Assembly: GCA_030266465.1 (NCBI GenBank)
Contig: JAJDIA010000001.1
Span: forward strand, 1-59,946
Length of the DNA stretch: 59,946 bases
Reading direction: 5' to 3'
From: Parabacteroides sp. OttesenSCG-928-G21
Lineage (GTDB): Bacteria > Bacteroidota > Bacteroidia > Bacteroidales > Tannerellaceae
The notes under the pieces were generated by a model, which worked only from the letters and a program-made list of their open reading frames with translations, did no database searches and was not told the DNA's origin. Both the position numbers and the translations under genes were made by a program. Below are positions 10,354 to 19,610 of the stretch, one piece after another; positions within the stretch are counted from its first letter, which is position 1, and the number at the start of each line of letters is the position of its first letter.

Positions 10354-11022
10354 TTAATACAATGACTTAACCAGTTCAACCGATTCTTTGATGGAATGAC
10401 CCTCACGGAATACACTTGAAGTACCCCCTACAAGTATGGTTGCGCCGGCTTCGACCATCAAGGGGATATTCTCTATACTGACATTTCCGTCTACCAGGAT
10501 TTCAACATTCTCTTTGCCTCGGGAATTAAGATAGCCTCTTGTTTCAGCGATTTTTCTTATCATGGCGGGAATCAATTTTTGTCCGGCAAACCCGGGATTG
10601 ATCATCATCAGTGTGACTAAATCCAAATCATCAATAATGTAATTAAGCACATCAACAGGAGTGGCGGGATTAAGTGCAATCCCTGCTTTCATACCTTTGC
10701 GGCGGATAAATGCTAATGCCCGTTGTGCATGTGGAGTTGCTTCATAATGTATTGATAAATATTCTGCTCCCGCTTCAGCTATATCCTCAACATATCTCTC
10801 CGGATCATTGATCATTAAATGGCATTCTAAAGGAATATTAGTCAGTTTATTCAAAGCACGCAGAATATCTATGTTCAGACAGAAGTTAGGAACAAATACA
10901 CCATCCATAATATCTATATGTAAAAGCTCTATTCCGGCTTCCTCTAAACAGTGAACATCTCTTTCCAGATTCAAGATATCTGCACATGCCATTGAAGGGC
11001 TTATTTTAATTTTTCTGCTCAT
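10354..11022 (-). CDS. hexulose/pentulose-phosphate 3-epimerase (Rpe family, AlsE-like)
   Basis: KISPSMACADIL...HIDIMDGVFVPN...ECHLMI...VDGNV...VGGTSSVF. The N-terminal PSxxCxD pattern resembles, from memory, D-allulose-6-P 3-epimerase (AlsE) more than the PSILSADF of housekeeping Rpe. Confidence 0.8.
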   Translation of the reverse strand: MSRKIKISPSMACADILNLERDVHCLEEAGIELLHIDIMDGVFVPNFCLNIDILRALNKLTNIPLECHLMINDPERYVEDIAEAGAEYLSIHYEATPHAQRALAFIRRKGMKAGIALNPATPVDVLNYIIDDLDLVTLMMINPGFAGQKLIPAMIRKIAETRGYLNSRGKENVEILVDGNVSIENIPLMVEAGATILVGGTSSVFREGHSIKESVELVKSLY

Positions 11023-11246
11023 GAATAGTATGGAAATTAATTGTTGAGAAAAACTGTTTCCCGAAATAAAAGTAATCCCATATTATGGGTTAATGCATTC
11101 GTTTTTATTGCTTAATCTTTTGTTTTTATCTCATGTTGAGCGTGTTGTACTGGAATGAGACAAAAAGAGGAATTGGTGAGAAGATAATATAAGTTTCATC
11201 TATTATATACTTAGATCTATAATTTGCCTAGATTTTGTTTTTTATT

Positions 11247-11534
11247 GAAAGTGACTCTCCCCGAACTCTCGGGAGCCCCAAATATTTGAAATGGACCCTT
11301 CCCGAAGTCTCGGGAACCTCTAAATATTTGAAAGTGACCCTTCCCGAAGTCTCAGGAACCTCCAAATATTTGAAATGGACCCTCCCCGAAGTCTCAGGAA
11401 CCTCCAAATATTTGAAAGTGACCCTCCCCGAAGTCTCGGGAACGTCCAAATATTTGAAAGTGACCCTTCCCGAAGTCTCGGGAACCTCCAAATATTTGAA
11501 AGGGACCCTCCCCGAGTTTGGGGAAAGATATCTT
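11247..11534. repeat. 42-bp tandem repeat, about 6.9 copies, each unit carrying a 7-bp stem / 4-nt loop hairpin
   Basis: The unit consensus is GAAAGTGACCCTTCCCGAAGTCTCGGGAACCTCCAAATATTT. The hairpin within it is TTCCCGA-AGTC-TCGGGAA. The first and last copies are degenerate. Three overlapping track ORFs here are stop-free only because of the repeat. Confidence 0.95.
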
Positions 11535-11608
11535 GAAAATAATTTGCGAGTGATTTTTCTAATAATTTGCCTATTGACAACACTTTCCCGTCTTAAACTT
11601 ACGTTAGT

Positions 11609-14600
11609 TTACTTCAGTTTATTCGCTTTGGCATATTTGGATGGACTCATCCCGAATTGTTTAATAAATGCAGTCCAGAAGTAGGATTGTGAACTAAAAC
11701 CTACTAATTCGGAAATTTCATAAATCCTCAGGTCACCCTGAATCAGTAATTCCGCTGCTTTTTTTAGCCGGGCAATTTTTATCAAATCGTGTGGGGTAAG
11801 ACTTGATATGGCATTAATCTTTCTATATAATGTAGGCCGGCTCATATGTAGCATGCTGGCAATTGAATTTACATCGAAGTCCGAATCGCTTAAGTGTTCA
11901 TTAATAATAACATTTAGTTTTTCAAGAAACTCTTCATCTGCTTTGGAATAAGCCATAGATTTCATGTTGGCAATCGGCGATTTGAAATAAAACTGCCGGA
12001 TATTTTCCCGGTTTATTAATAGGTTTGATATTTGCGCGAGGAGTATATCCATTGAAAAAGGTTTGTCGATATAGGCATCAGCTCCCAGTTCTAACCCCTC
12101 TAAACGTGCTTGCATAGTTGTTTTTGCTGTAAGTAAAATGACCGGAATGTGGCTGAATTCGATGTTGGTTTTGATTTCTTTTAATAATTCCAGGCCATCC
12201 ATAACCGGCATTAAGATATCACTGATAACAAGTTGAATATTCTTTTTTTCTAATATCTGCAATGCTTCTTGTCCGTTTCCGGTACTAATAACATTGTATT
12301 TCGGACTTATCTCCGATGAAATTAACGATTTTAATTCTTCATTGTCTTCTACTATTAATATTGATGATCGGTTTGCTTCGTAGGGGTAATCATGAATAAC
12401 AGGCGTGAGGGAGAACGGTTTCTCCTGTATGGATTCGAGAACTTTAGATTGATTGATTGGAGTTATTATTCTGAAGATTGTTTGCTTTTCAGTCGATTCA
12501 ACAACGGATATAGTTCCATTATGTTTTTCAATCAGAAAGCGGCTGAGCGAAAGCCCAAGACCTGTTCCCGGCTTTAGTTCATGTTCTTTGATGCGATAGA
12601 AAGGCTCAAATATTTTCCCCTGATCTTCTTTACGAATAGGTTGGCCATCATTTATGAAATCAATAATAAAAGCTTGCTTATCGTCAGAAACGTGCAAATT
12701 AATATTAACTTGACTGAATGCGTATTTAATGGCATTTGTGAATAGATTGCTTAAAATTTTGGTATAGGCTTCTTTATCTATAGAAACTACCAGGTTATCG
12801 ACCGATAGATCTAAATAGATGGATAAGTTTCTTGCGCTTGCAGACTCTTGAAATCTATTAGCCGTTATTGTAAGCAAAGATACTATGTCGACATTTACAT
12901 AAGTCAGACTTCCTCCTTCTGTTTCAGCTTTTCTGAAGTCTAATAACTGGTTGACTAATTCAATAAGACGTGAAGTGTTTTTTTCCATCAATACTAATGA
13001 TGTACGTCCCCGTTCACAAATTTGACTATGTTTTATCAGTCTTTCAAGCGGAACTTTGATCAATGTCAGTGGTGTTCGTATTTCATGGGCAATATTGATG
13101 AAAAAATCGATTTTAGCCTGATATAATTCTTTTTCTTTCCTGCTTTCAAACAGCTGCATTTCGTATATCATGGATTTTTTTTGTCTGAATACAAAGAATT
13201 TAATAATAAAGAAAATGATGCCTATAATTAATAGTATATATATGCTGTAAGCAGTAGTTGAAGCCCACCAGGGGGGCATGATAGTGATATGTAGAAAAGA
13301 GGAATCGCTTTGTGCCCAATTTCCATAAATATCAGAGGCTTTAATTTCCAATGTGTATTTTCCGGGATGTAAATCCGTGAAATATATAATATTACGCTGT
13401 CCGATTATATTCCATTCTTTACTCGTTTCAACCATACGGTAAGCGTATTGGATAGAACCGGGAGCAATATAACTCAATGTGGAGAAATTAATATTGAATG
13501 TCGATTGGTTATGCTTCAATTCGAGGTGTTGTGCTTCTGACGAGTTGTTTTTACAGAAAAAGCTTAATTCTTCACCGGAGGTGTGAATTGAAGTGATGCA
13601 TACATTTGGCGATGTATTGTTTAGGTGTATTTCCCGGGGATCAAAATGAATCAATCCTTTTACTGTTCCGAAATAGAGTGAACCATCATTGTCTTTAAAT
13701 CCCGCATGATAATTAAATTGTCTTGTGATGAGTCCATGGGCTTCAGTATAAGTTGTAATACTATTATCTAATGTATTTATACTAACTAAACCGGCAGCTG
13801 TGCTTACCCATACATTATTATTATCATCCGAAAGAATCCTGAAAACAATATTACTTGGCATTCCATTTTTTGTTGTAAACCAGGTGATGCTTTCGTTTTC
13901 AAGAGAATATTTTATCAATCCTTTTTCAGTTAATAAAAACCAAATATCACCGTTTTTATCCGTGTAAACATCAGCTACCTCATATCTGCCATCGTTAAAT
14001 TCAGGTATTTCAAGTTTGTGGAAAGTTAATTCCGGTTGATTTAATTCATTCAAATCACAATAATAACGACCTATCCACAATCTGTTACTATTGTCTTGTC
14101 GCAACATGCCAATCGATCTTTTCAATAGGAGAATGAATTGATCTGTTACGGCATCATATTTATAAAGTCCATCGGTCGTAGCTATAAGTAAAATGTCGTT
14201 GTTTATAGATAGCATGGTCGACACACTGCTGTTCACATGTGTTTCGGTGTCTTTGTACAGATTGTAGTTCTTTATTAATTTGCCTGTTTTAATATCTAAT
14301 AAGTCAACGCCATGAATGACATGTCCAATCCATAGTTTATCTTTTGTAACAGCCATCCCTCTTATGTTCGTATGTGTAAGGTTTTGTTGTCCTAATTCGG
14401 AATGATAATTTGTAAATTCTCCGGTTTCTTTATTAAAAGAACTAAGACCTGCGTCTTCAGTGGCTACCCACATAGTACCATAATCATCTACGCAAATATC
14501 ATGAACTACGCCTCCTTTTAAGGATTTGTTATCATTTTTAGGATAATAGACATCAAATGGGTTGAAGGGAGAATAATAGCTTAATCCATTTTGATGATAG

Positions 14601-15559
14601 CCGATCCAGATCCCATTTTCTCGATCTTGATAGAGTTCTGCTACAAAATGGCTCGCTATCCCATATGTATCTAATGGATCCGGAAGAATTTTTATCCATT
14701 CTTCGCTGTTTTTTCTGTAAATAAATATACCGGTATCTGTTCCGACCCAGATTTCATTCGCATTAACCTCTAAAAAGCAATTTATCAATATAGGAGCATC
14801 ATTTTCATCTTGTATGTCTAAATCTTTGTATTTCAACGTAGATGGATCAAAAACCTTCAGGTTGTCGGATTCATAAGCCATATAAATCTCAAATGTATAT
14901 TTAGATGAATACAGTTCAAAGATTTTCTTAGATGTATTAGTTGAATGATTTGGGAACATGTCATATGATTTGAAACTACCGTCGTTTTTATTTAATAAAG
15001 ACAGGTATCCACGAGAGTCTCCAGCCCAAATGCTATTATCTTCTCCTATACAAAATGAGGTGAAATCGAAACCGCTTTCATTTGCGTAGGTTTTGTATGT
15101 ATCATTTAAGACATCATGTTGCACCAAATCCCCGTTTTCAATTCTCCACAAGTTATTATCAGAATCAAATTGGAAAAAGCGGATATGTTTATTCTGTGTG
15201 GAAGGGATTATGTTGAATTTATCTTCTTTCTCCTCGTATTTGTATAACCCGACTCTTGTCCCGATCCATAGATTGCCGTTTTTGTCGCAGTCTAAATGAT
15301 GTATTCTGTTATTATTCTGTAATTGATTACATATAGTTTCGTCCCTATAGGTTTTAAATGTGTAACCATCGAATTTGTTCAACCCATCCCGTGTCCCGAT
15401 CCATATGAAGCCATTTTTATCTTGTATAAAGCCTGTTACTAGATTATCACTAAGGCCATCTCTCACCTGATAATGGCGAAAAATATGCGAATAGTCATTA
15501 GCAATTGCCTGAAGTGATGTGTGAAGTAAAAATAAACAGAGCAAAAATTGTTTAAACAT
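11609..15559 (-). CDS. hybrid two-component system regulator (HTCS): periplasmic beta-propeller/YYY sensor, TM, HisKA, HATPase, REC, AraC-type HTH
   Basis: 1316 aa. Repeated propeller motifs (IWIGT..GL..F/Y), a TM segment (YSIYILLIIGIIFFIIKFFVF), an H-box (NIAHEIRTPL), a receiver (LVISDILMPVMDG) and a C-terminal AraC HTH (GFSSQSYFWTAFIKQFGMSPSKY). Confidence 0.93.
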   Translation of the reverse strand: MFKQFLLCLFLLHTSLQAIANDYSHIFRHYQVRDGLSDNLVTGFIQDKNGFIWIGTRDGLNKFDGYTFKTYRDETICNQLQNNNRIHHLDCDKNGNLWIGTRVGLYKYEEKEDKFNIIPSTQNKHIRFFQFDSDNNLWRIENGDLVQHDVLNDTYKTYANESGFDFTSFCIGEDNSIWAGDSRGYLSLLNKNDGSFKSYDMFPNHSTNTSKKIFELYSSKYTFEIYMAYESDNLKVFDPSTLKYKDLDIQDENDAPILINCFLEVNANEIWVGTDTGIFIYRKNSEEWIKILPDPLDTYGIASHFVAELYQDRENGIWIGYHQNGLSYYSPFNPFDVYYPKNDNKSLKGGVVHDICVDDYGTMWVATEDAGLSSFNKETGEFTNYHSELGQQNLTHTNIRGMAVTKDKLWIGHVIHGVDLLDIKTGKLIKNYNLYKDTETHVNSSVSTMLSINNDILLIATTDGLYKYDAVTDQFILLLKRSIGMLRQDNSNRLWIGRYYCDLNELNQPELTFHKLEIPEFNDGRYEVADVYTDKNGDIWFLLTEKGLIKYSLENESITWFTTKNGMPSNIVFRILSDDNNNVWVSTAAGLVSINTLDNSITTYTEAHGLITRQFNYHAGFKDNDGSLYFGTVKGLIHFDPREIHLNNTSPNVCITSIHTSGEELSFFCKNNSSEAQHLELKHNQSTFNINFSTLSYIAPGSIQYAYRMVETSKEWNIIGQRNIIYFTDLHPGKYTLEIKASDIYGNWAQSDSSFLHITIMPPWWASTTAYSIYILLIIGIIFFIIKFFVFRQKKSMIYEMQLFESRKEKELYQAKIDFFINIAHEIRTPLTLIKVPLERLIKHSQICERGRTSLVLMEKNTSRLIELVNQLLDFRKAETEGGSLTYVNVDIVSLLTITANRFQESASARNLSIYLDLSVDNLVVSIDKEAYTKILSNLFTNAIKYAFSQVNINLHVSDDKQAFIIDFINDGQPIRKEDQGKIFEPFYRIKEHELKPGTGLGLSLSRFLIEKHNGTISVVESTEKQTIFRIITPINQSKVLESIQEKPFSLTPVIHDYPYEANRSSILIVEDNEELKSLISSEISPKYNVISTGNGQEALQILEKKNIQLVISDILMPVMDGLELLKEIKTNIEFSHIPVILLTAKTTMQARLEGLELGADAYIDKPFSMDILLAQISNLLINRENIRQFYFKSPIANMKSMAYSKADEEFLEKLNVIINEHLSDSDFDVNSIASMLHMSRPTLYRKINAISSLTPHDLIKIARLKKAAELLIQGDLRIYEISELVGFSSQSYFWTAFIKQFGMSPSKYAKANKLK

Positions 15560-15803
15560 TATATCCCCCTTTTATTACTATATGTGTAACTGTTATGCAA
15601 GATAGTTATTCTTAACTCTCACCCTATTTTGTTTTGTATCATGAATATCACATTTTGTCTCATTAAGATTTGAGAAGCAGATGATGAGACAGAAAAAGAA
15701 ATTTAAGGTGTAAAAACGAATTAATTAAACAGGTAAATCAAGTTAACTTTATGGTATATAATAAAGAATTAGGGAGGAAAATGTCAAATAAAAACATCGT
15801 GTT

Positions 15804-17330
15804 ATGAAGAAGATAAAATCAGAAATAGTGTTCAGCAATGTTCAGTTGATCATTTTGTTGGTCTTACGAATTGCCATTGGTTGGCACTTCTTATATGAAG
15901 GCCTTATAAAGCTCTTTAATCCGAATTGGACGGCGGCCAGCTATCTGAAATATTCGAATTGGATTTTCGCAGACCTATTTCATACGATGGCAGAGAATCC
16001 AACGATACTCTCAATAGTCGATTTTTGTAATATATGGGGACTTATACTTGTTGGTTTAGCTCTTATATTCGGGGTGCTTACAAAATATGCGGCATTGGGT
16101 GGCGCCGCCTTACTATTGTTATATTATGTGGCAAATCCGCCATTTACCTTACCGGAGTCGATGAAAGAAGGAAGCTATATGATTGTCGATAAAAATCTCG
16201 TTGAAATGATAGGTTTGATTTTTATTGCTTTTCTGCCGACTCCTTCTCTTATTCCATGGACAAAACTCAAAGTATTTATTCAAACGAAAATTTTGCATAA
16301 AGATATTATTCCTTCTGAACAACTCTATCCATGTCAACAGGCGGCAAAAGAAGAAAGGGAAATATTAGAACGCAGAGGTTTCCTTTACAATCTTATCTCG
16401 GTGCCAATAGCCGGAACCTTCACGGCCGTGGCTGCCAAAACAAAGGCTTTTACTAAACCTTTGGATGGTATTACCGGAGCAACAACGTTGAATTATGATT
16501 TTCTGGATATAAGCGGATTAAAAGGGGATCTGCCTCAAACGAACATGTGTGGTGTAGAATTGAGTCGACTTATTATGGGGTGTAACTTGATTGGCGGATG
16601 GGCTCATTCCCGTGACCTGCGTTATGTAGGTTCATTAGTAAAGAAATACCATACACAGGAAAAGGTGTTTGAAACGTTTGCGTTAGGAGAGAAATGCGGC
16701 GTGAATGCAATTATTATTAATACTGCATTAACCCCGTTGATGACTGCTTATTGGAAGGAAACACGTGGCAATCTTAAATTTATTTCAGATTGTGCAGGTG
16801 TTGGAAGTGCAGAGAAAGGTATTGAAATATCATGTGATGCCGGTGCTGCTGCTTGTTATATACAGGGAGAGATAACAGACCGGATTTTACGTAACGGAGA
16901 AAGCTTTGAAATTGTTGGAGAATGGCTGGAGATGATTCGGAAGAGAGGTGTCCCGGCAGGGATAGGGGCGCATTCTATCAGCGTTTTTAAGGAATGTGTA
17001 AAAATTGGATTAAAGCCGGACTTTTGGGTAAAAACAATCCATCATCATAACTATTGGTCGGCTCGGCATCCGGAAGAGAATGATAATCTATGGTGTAAAG
17101 ATCCTGAAGGTACTATTGAATTTATGAATACCCTTAAGGAACCTTGGATTGGATTTAAAGTAATGGCGGCAGGCGCGATTACGCCACAAGATGGTTTTAA
17201 GTATGCTTATGAGAACGGAGCAGATATTATTTGCGCAGGAATGTATGATTTCCAGATTGTAGAAGATGTAAATATTGCATCCGAGATTTTAGCCGGACCA
17301 TTAGACAGAAAACGCCCTTGGCGATGTTGA
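15804..17330 (+). CDS. fusion protein: N-terminal DoxX-like membrane domain plus a domain paralogous to 6870..7865
   Basis: The N-terminal ~150 aa are hydrophobic with the DoxX-like LVLRIAIGWHFLYEGLIKL. An internal ERRGFLYNLISVPIAG resembles a relic twin-arginine signal. The C-terminal ~300 aa align block by block with the 331-aa Tat-signal protein. Confidence 0.75.
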   Translation: MKKIKSEIVFSNVQLIILLVLRIAIGWHFLYEGLIKLFNPNWTAASYLKYSNWIFADLFHTMAENPTILSIVDFCNIWGLILVGLALIFGVLTKYAALGGAALLLLYYVANPPFTLPESMKEGSYMIVDKNLVEMIGLIFIAFLPTPSLIPWTKLKVFIQTKILHKDIIPSEQLYPCQQAAKEEREILERRGFLYNLISVPIAGTFTAVAAKTKAFTKPLDGITGATTLNYDFLDISGLKGDLPQTNMCGVELSRLIMGCNLIGGWAHSRDLRYVGSLVKKYHTQEKVFETFALGEKCGVNAIIINTALTPLMTAYWKETRGNLKFISDCAGVGSAEKGIEISCDAGAAACYIQGEITDRILRNGESFEIVGEWLEMIRKRGVPAGIGAHSISVFKECVKIGLKPDFWVKTIHHHNYWSARHPEENDNLWCKDPEGTIEFMNTLKEPWIGFKVMAAGAITPQDGFKYAYENGADIICAGMYDFQIVEDVNIASEILAGPLDRKRPWRC

Positions 17331-17390
17331 AATTTAATGATATGAAGAAATAGAAATGTATTCCAGATCGAGATAGTGTTTGTAATCAAA

Positions 17391-17421
17391 AGGCCGTCAG
17401 ATTTACTCCGACGGCCTTTAT
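17391..17421. terminator. bidirectional terminator hairpin between convergent genes
   Basis: AGGCCGTC (17391-17398) pairs with GACGGCCT (17410-17417). The stem is followed by TTTATT and preceded by AAAA. Confidence 0.7.
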
Positions 17422-17455
17422 TATAATCTCAAAAGAACAATAGCCAGTTGGCGTA

Positions 17456-18583
17456 TTAAACGTTTAAAACTTTTTTGAAGCGGGAGATGAAATCGACAGC
17501 TTCTTCAATGCTTAGACAGAGTGGGGGAAGAAGGCGAATGGTATTTGTCCCGGCTACTCCTGTGAATACCTTTTCTTCAAAGAGCAATTTGCTTCGTACT
17601 TCACGGATAGACTCTTCAAATTCTAATCCGATCATCAGACCGCGACCACGTATTTCTTTGATGCCCGGAAGTAATGCCAGCTCTTTCATCAGATAAGCGC
17701 CTACCTCTGCTGTGTTTTCAATCAGTTTTTCTTCTTCAAAAATATCCAATACAGCTATAGCAGCCGCACAAGCTAAATGATTTCCTCCAAAAGTAGTGCC
17801 CAGCATACCATATACTGGATTAAACATCGGGCTGATCAGTAAACCGGCAACCGGAAAACCATTACCAATACCTTTGGCAACCGTAATTAAGTCCGGTTTA
17901 ATGCCAGCGTATTGGTGGGCAAAGAATTTACCGCTCCTGCCGTATCCGGACTGAATTTCATCCAGAATAAGGCAAACGTCATATTGCGTACATAGTTCCC
18001 GTAAATTTTGCATAAACGTATCGGAAGGCAACTGGATACCTCCAACCCCTTGAATCCCTTCGATAATAACAGAAGAAACATCACCCTTTTGAAGTTCTTT
18101 CTCCACTAAATCAGCATTATTCAAGGGTAGATAAGTTACTGCCAGATCCTCATTGACCGGTGCAATGATTTTCGGATTATCAGTTACGCGTACAGCAGCA
18201 GAGGTGCGTCCATGAAACGCATGTTCGAAAGCTATCACTCTTTTCTTTCCGTTATGAAAAGAGGCCAGCTTGAGGGCATTTTCATTAGCTTCCGCACCTG
18301 AGTTGATTAAGAAAAGTGAATAATCATCATACCCGGAGGCTTTCCCTAATTTATCAGCCAACACTTGTTGCAGACTGTTTATAACGGAATTGGAATAAAA
18401 TCCCAGTTTTTTCACCTGTTCGGTAATTGCTTTTACATATACGGGGTGGCTGTGTCCTACAGAGATAACAGCGTGTCCTCCGTACAGGTCAAGATATTCT
18501 GTTCCTTCTTTGTCCCAGACTTTACAGCCTTTCCCTTCAACAATTTCTATATTGAATAGGGGATATACGTCGAATAGTTTCAT
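17456..18583 (-). CDS. argD: acetylornithine/succinylornithine-family aminotransferase
   Basis: Class-III PLP aminotransferase motifs (LILDEIQSGYGRSGKFFA, TVAKGIGNGFP) within an arg operon. Confidence 0.88.
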   Translation of the reverse strand: MKLFDVYPLFNIEIVEGKGCKVWDKEGTEYLDLYGGHAVISVGHSHPVYVKAITEQVKKLGFYSNSVINSLQQVLADKLGKASGYDDYSLFLINSGAEANENALKLASFHNGKKRVIAFEHAFHGRTSAAVRVTDNPKIIAPVNEDLAVTYLPLNNADLVEKELQKGDVSSVIIEGIQGVGGIQLPSDTFMQNLRELCTQYDVCLILDEIQSGYGRSGKFFAHQYAGIKPDLITVAKGIGNGFPVAGLLISPMFNPVYGMLGTTFGGNHLACAAAIAVLDIFEEEKLIENTAEVGAYLMKELALLPGIKEIRGRGLMIGLEFEESIREVRSKLLFEEKVFTGVAGTNTIRLLPPLCLSIEEAVDFISRFKKVLNV

Positions 18584-18591
18584 TTTAATAA

Positions 18592-18635
18592 ATTGAAAAT
18601 TGAAAATTGAAAGTTGAAAATGAAAAATTAAAAAA
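18592..18635. repeat. degenerate 8-nt microsatellite (ATTGAAAA)n in the argC-argD spacer
   Basis: The sequence reads aattgaaaattgaaaattgaaagttgaaaatgaaaaattaaaaa. Confidence 0.8.
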
Positions 18636-18641
18636 TCAATG

Positions 18642-19610
18642 CTAGAAGGCGGAGGGTTTTACGCGTAAACCGACTTTTTCTTCTAATCCGAACAGCAGAT
18701 TCATGTTATGAACAGCTTGCCCGCTTGCACCTTTTAGTAAGTTATCAATCATAGATATGATTAAAAGCTTGTCGCCATGTTTCTCCAGATGTAAAAGGCA
18801 TTTATTCGTATTAACGACCTGTTTTAAATCCGGATTTTTATCTGTTATGAAAGTAAACGAATGATCGTCGTAGTATTCTTCGTAGATACGTCGGACCTCT
18901 TCCAGGTTAACTTTACAATCCAGATATATCGTTGCGAAAATTCCTCGTGAAAAATTACCACGTACCGGAATGAAATTCAGTTGATTGTTATAGCTGTTTT
19001 GTAATTGTAACAAACTTTGGTTTACCTCTGCCAGATGCTGATGCGTAAATGGTTTGTAAATGGAAATATTATCATTGCGCCAACTAAAATGAGAGGTGGC
19101 GGAGGGTTTTACTCCTGCACCGGTAGACCCGGTGATGGCATTCACGTGAATTTCGGTATTTAACATCAGGTGTTTAGCCAATGGTAAAAGACCTAATTCT
19201 ATACAGGTAGCGAAACAACCGGGATTGGCTACGTACATAGATTTACATATCTGCCTGCGATTTAATTCCGGTAAACCGTAAATAAACGGATTATCTTCAC
19301 TCTTTATCCGGTAATCCATACTTAGATCAATGATTTTGAGTGATTCGGGAAGCGTATGGCTATCCATGAATTTTCGTGCATCTCCGTGAGCAACACACAG
19401 GAAAAGCAGGTCTATGTCATTTAACGGCAATTCGTTTGTAAAAACAAGATCGGTTTCTCCAAACAATCCGCTGTGAATGTCCGTGACTTTATTACCCGCA
19501 TTGCTTGAACTGTTTACAAAAACAATTTCAACGTCAGGATGATTGATCAATAAACGAAGTAGTTCACCTGCCGTGTATCCTGCTCCGCCGATTATACCAA
19601 CTTTAATCAT
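18642..19610 (-). CDS. argC: N-acetyl-gamma-glutamyl-phosphate reductase
   Basis: MIKVGIIGGAGYTAGELLRLL, the active-site context ANPGCFAT, and 322 aa. Confidence 0.9.
   Translation of the reverse strand: MIKVGIIGGAGYTAGELLRLLINHPDVEIVFVNSSSNAGNKVTDIHSGLFGETDLVFTNELPLNDIDLLFLCVAHGDARKFMDSHTLPESLKIIDLSMDYRIKSEDNPFIYGLPELNRRQICKSMYVANPGCFATCIELGLLPLAKHLMLNTEIHVNAITGSTGAGVKPSATSHFSWRNDNISIYKPFTHQHLAEVNQSLLQLQNSYNNQLNFIPVRGNFSRGIFATIYLDCKVNLEEVRRIYEEYYDDHSFTFITDKNPDLKQVVNTNKCLLHLEKHGDKLLIISMIDNLLKGASGQAVHNMNLLFGLEEKVGLRVKPSAF

Noticed and set aside
11247-11534. Possible CRISPR array (also considered for the 22-bp arrays at 22121, 28059, 35508 and 47428)
   Set aside because: The units are directly tandem with no unique spacers. 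The unit lengths (22 and 42 bp) include no repeat-spacer alternation, and no cas genes are in the window.
11228-11684. Three track ORFs (87, 149 and 87 aa) spanning the 42-bp repeat, with repetitive peptides such as LKVTLPEVSGTSKY
   Set aside because: They are open only because a 42-bp (14-codon) unit without stops is reiterated. The minus-strand 11228..11491 ORF starts at a TTG, and none shows promoter context or a signal sequence. The plus-strand ORF also runs antisense into the HTCS gene. I treat the region as non-coding repeat DNA.
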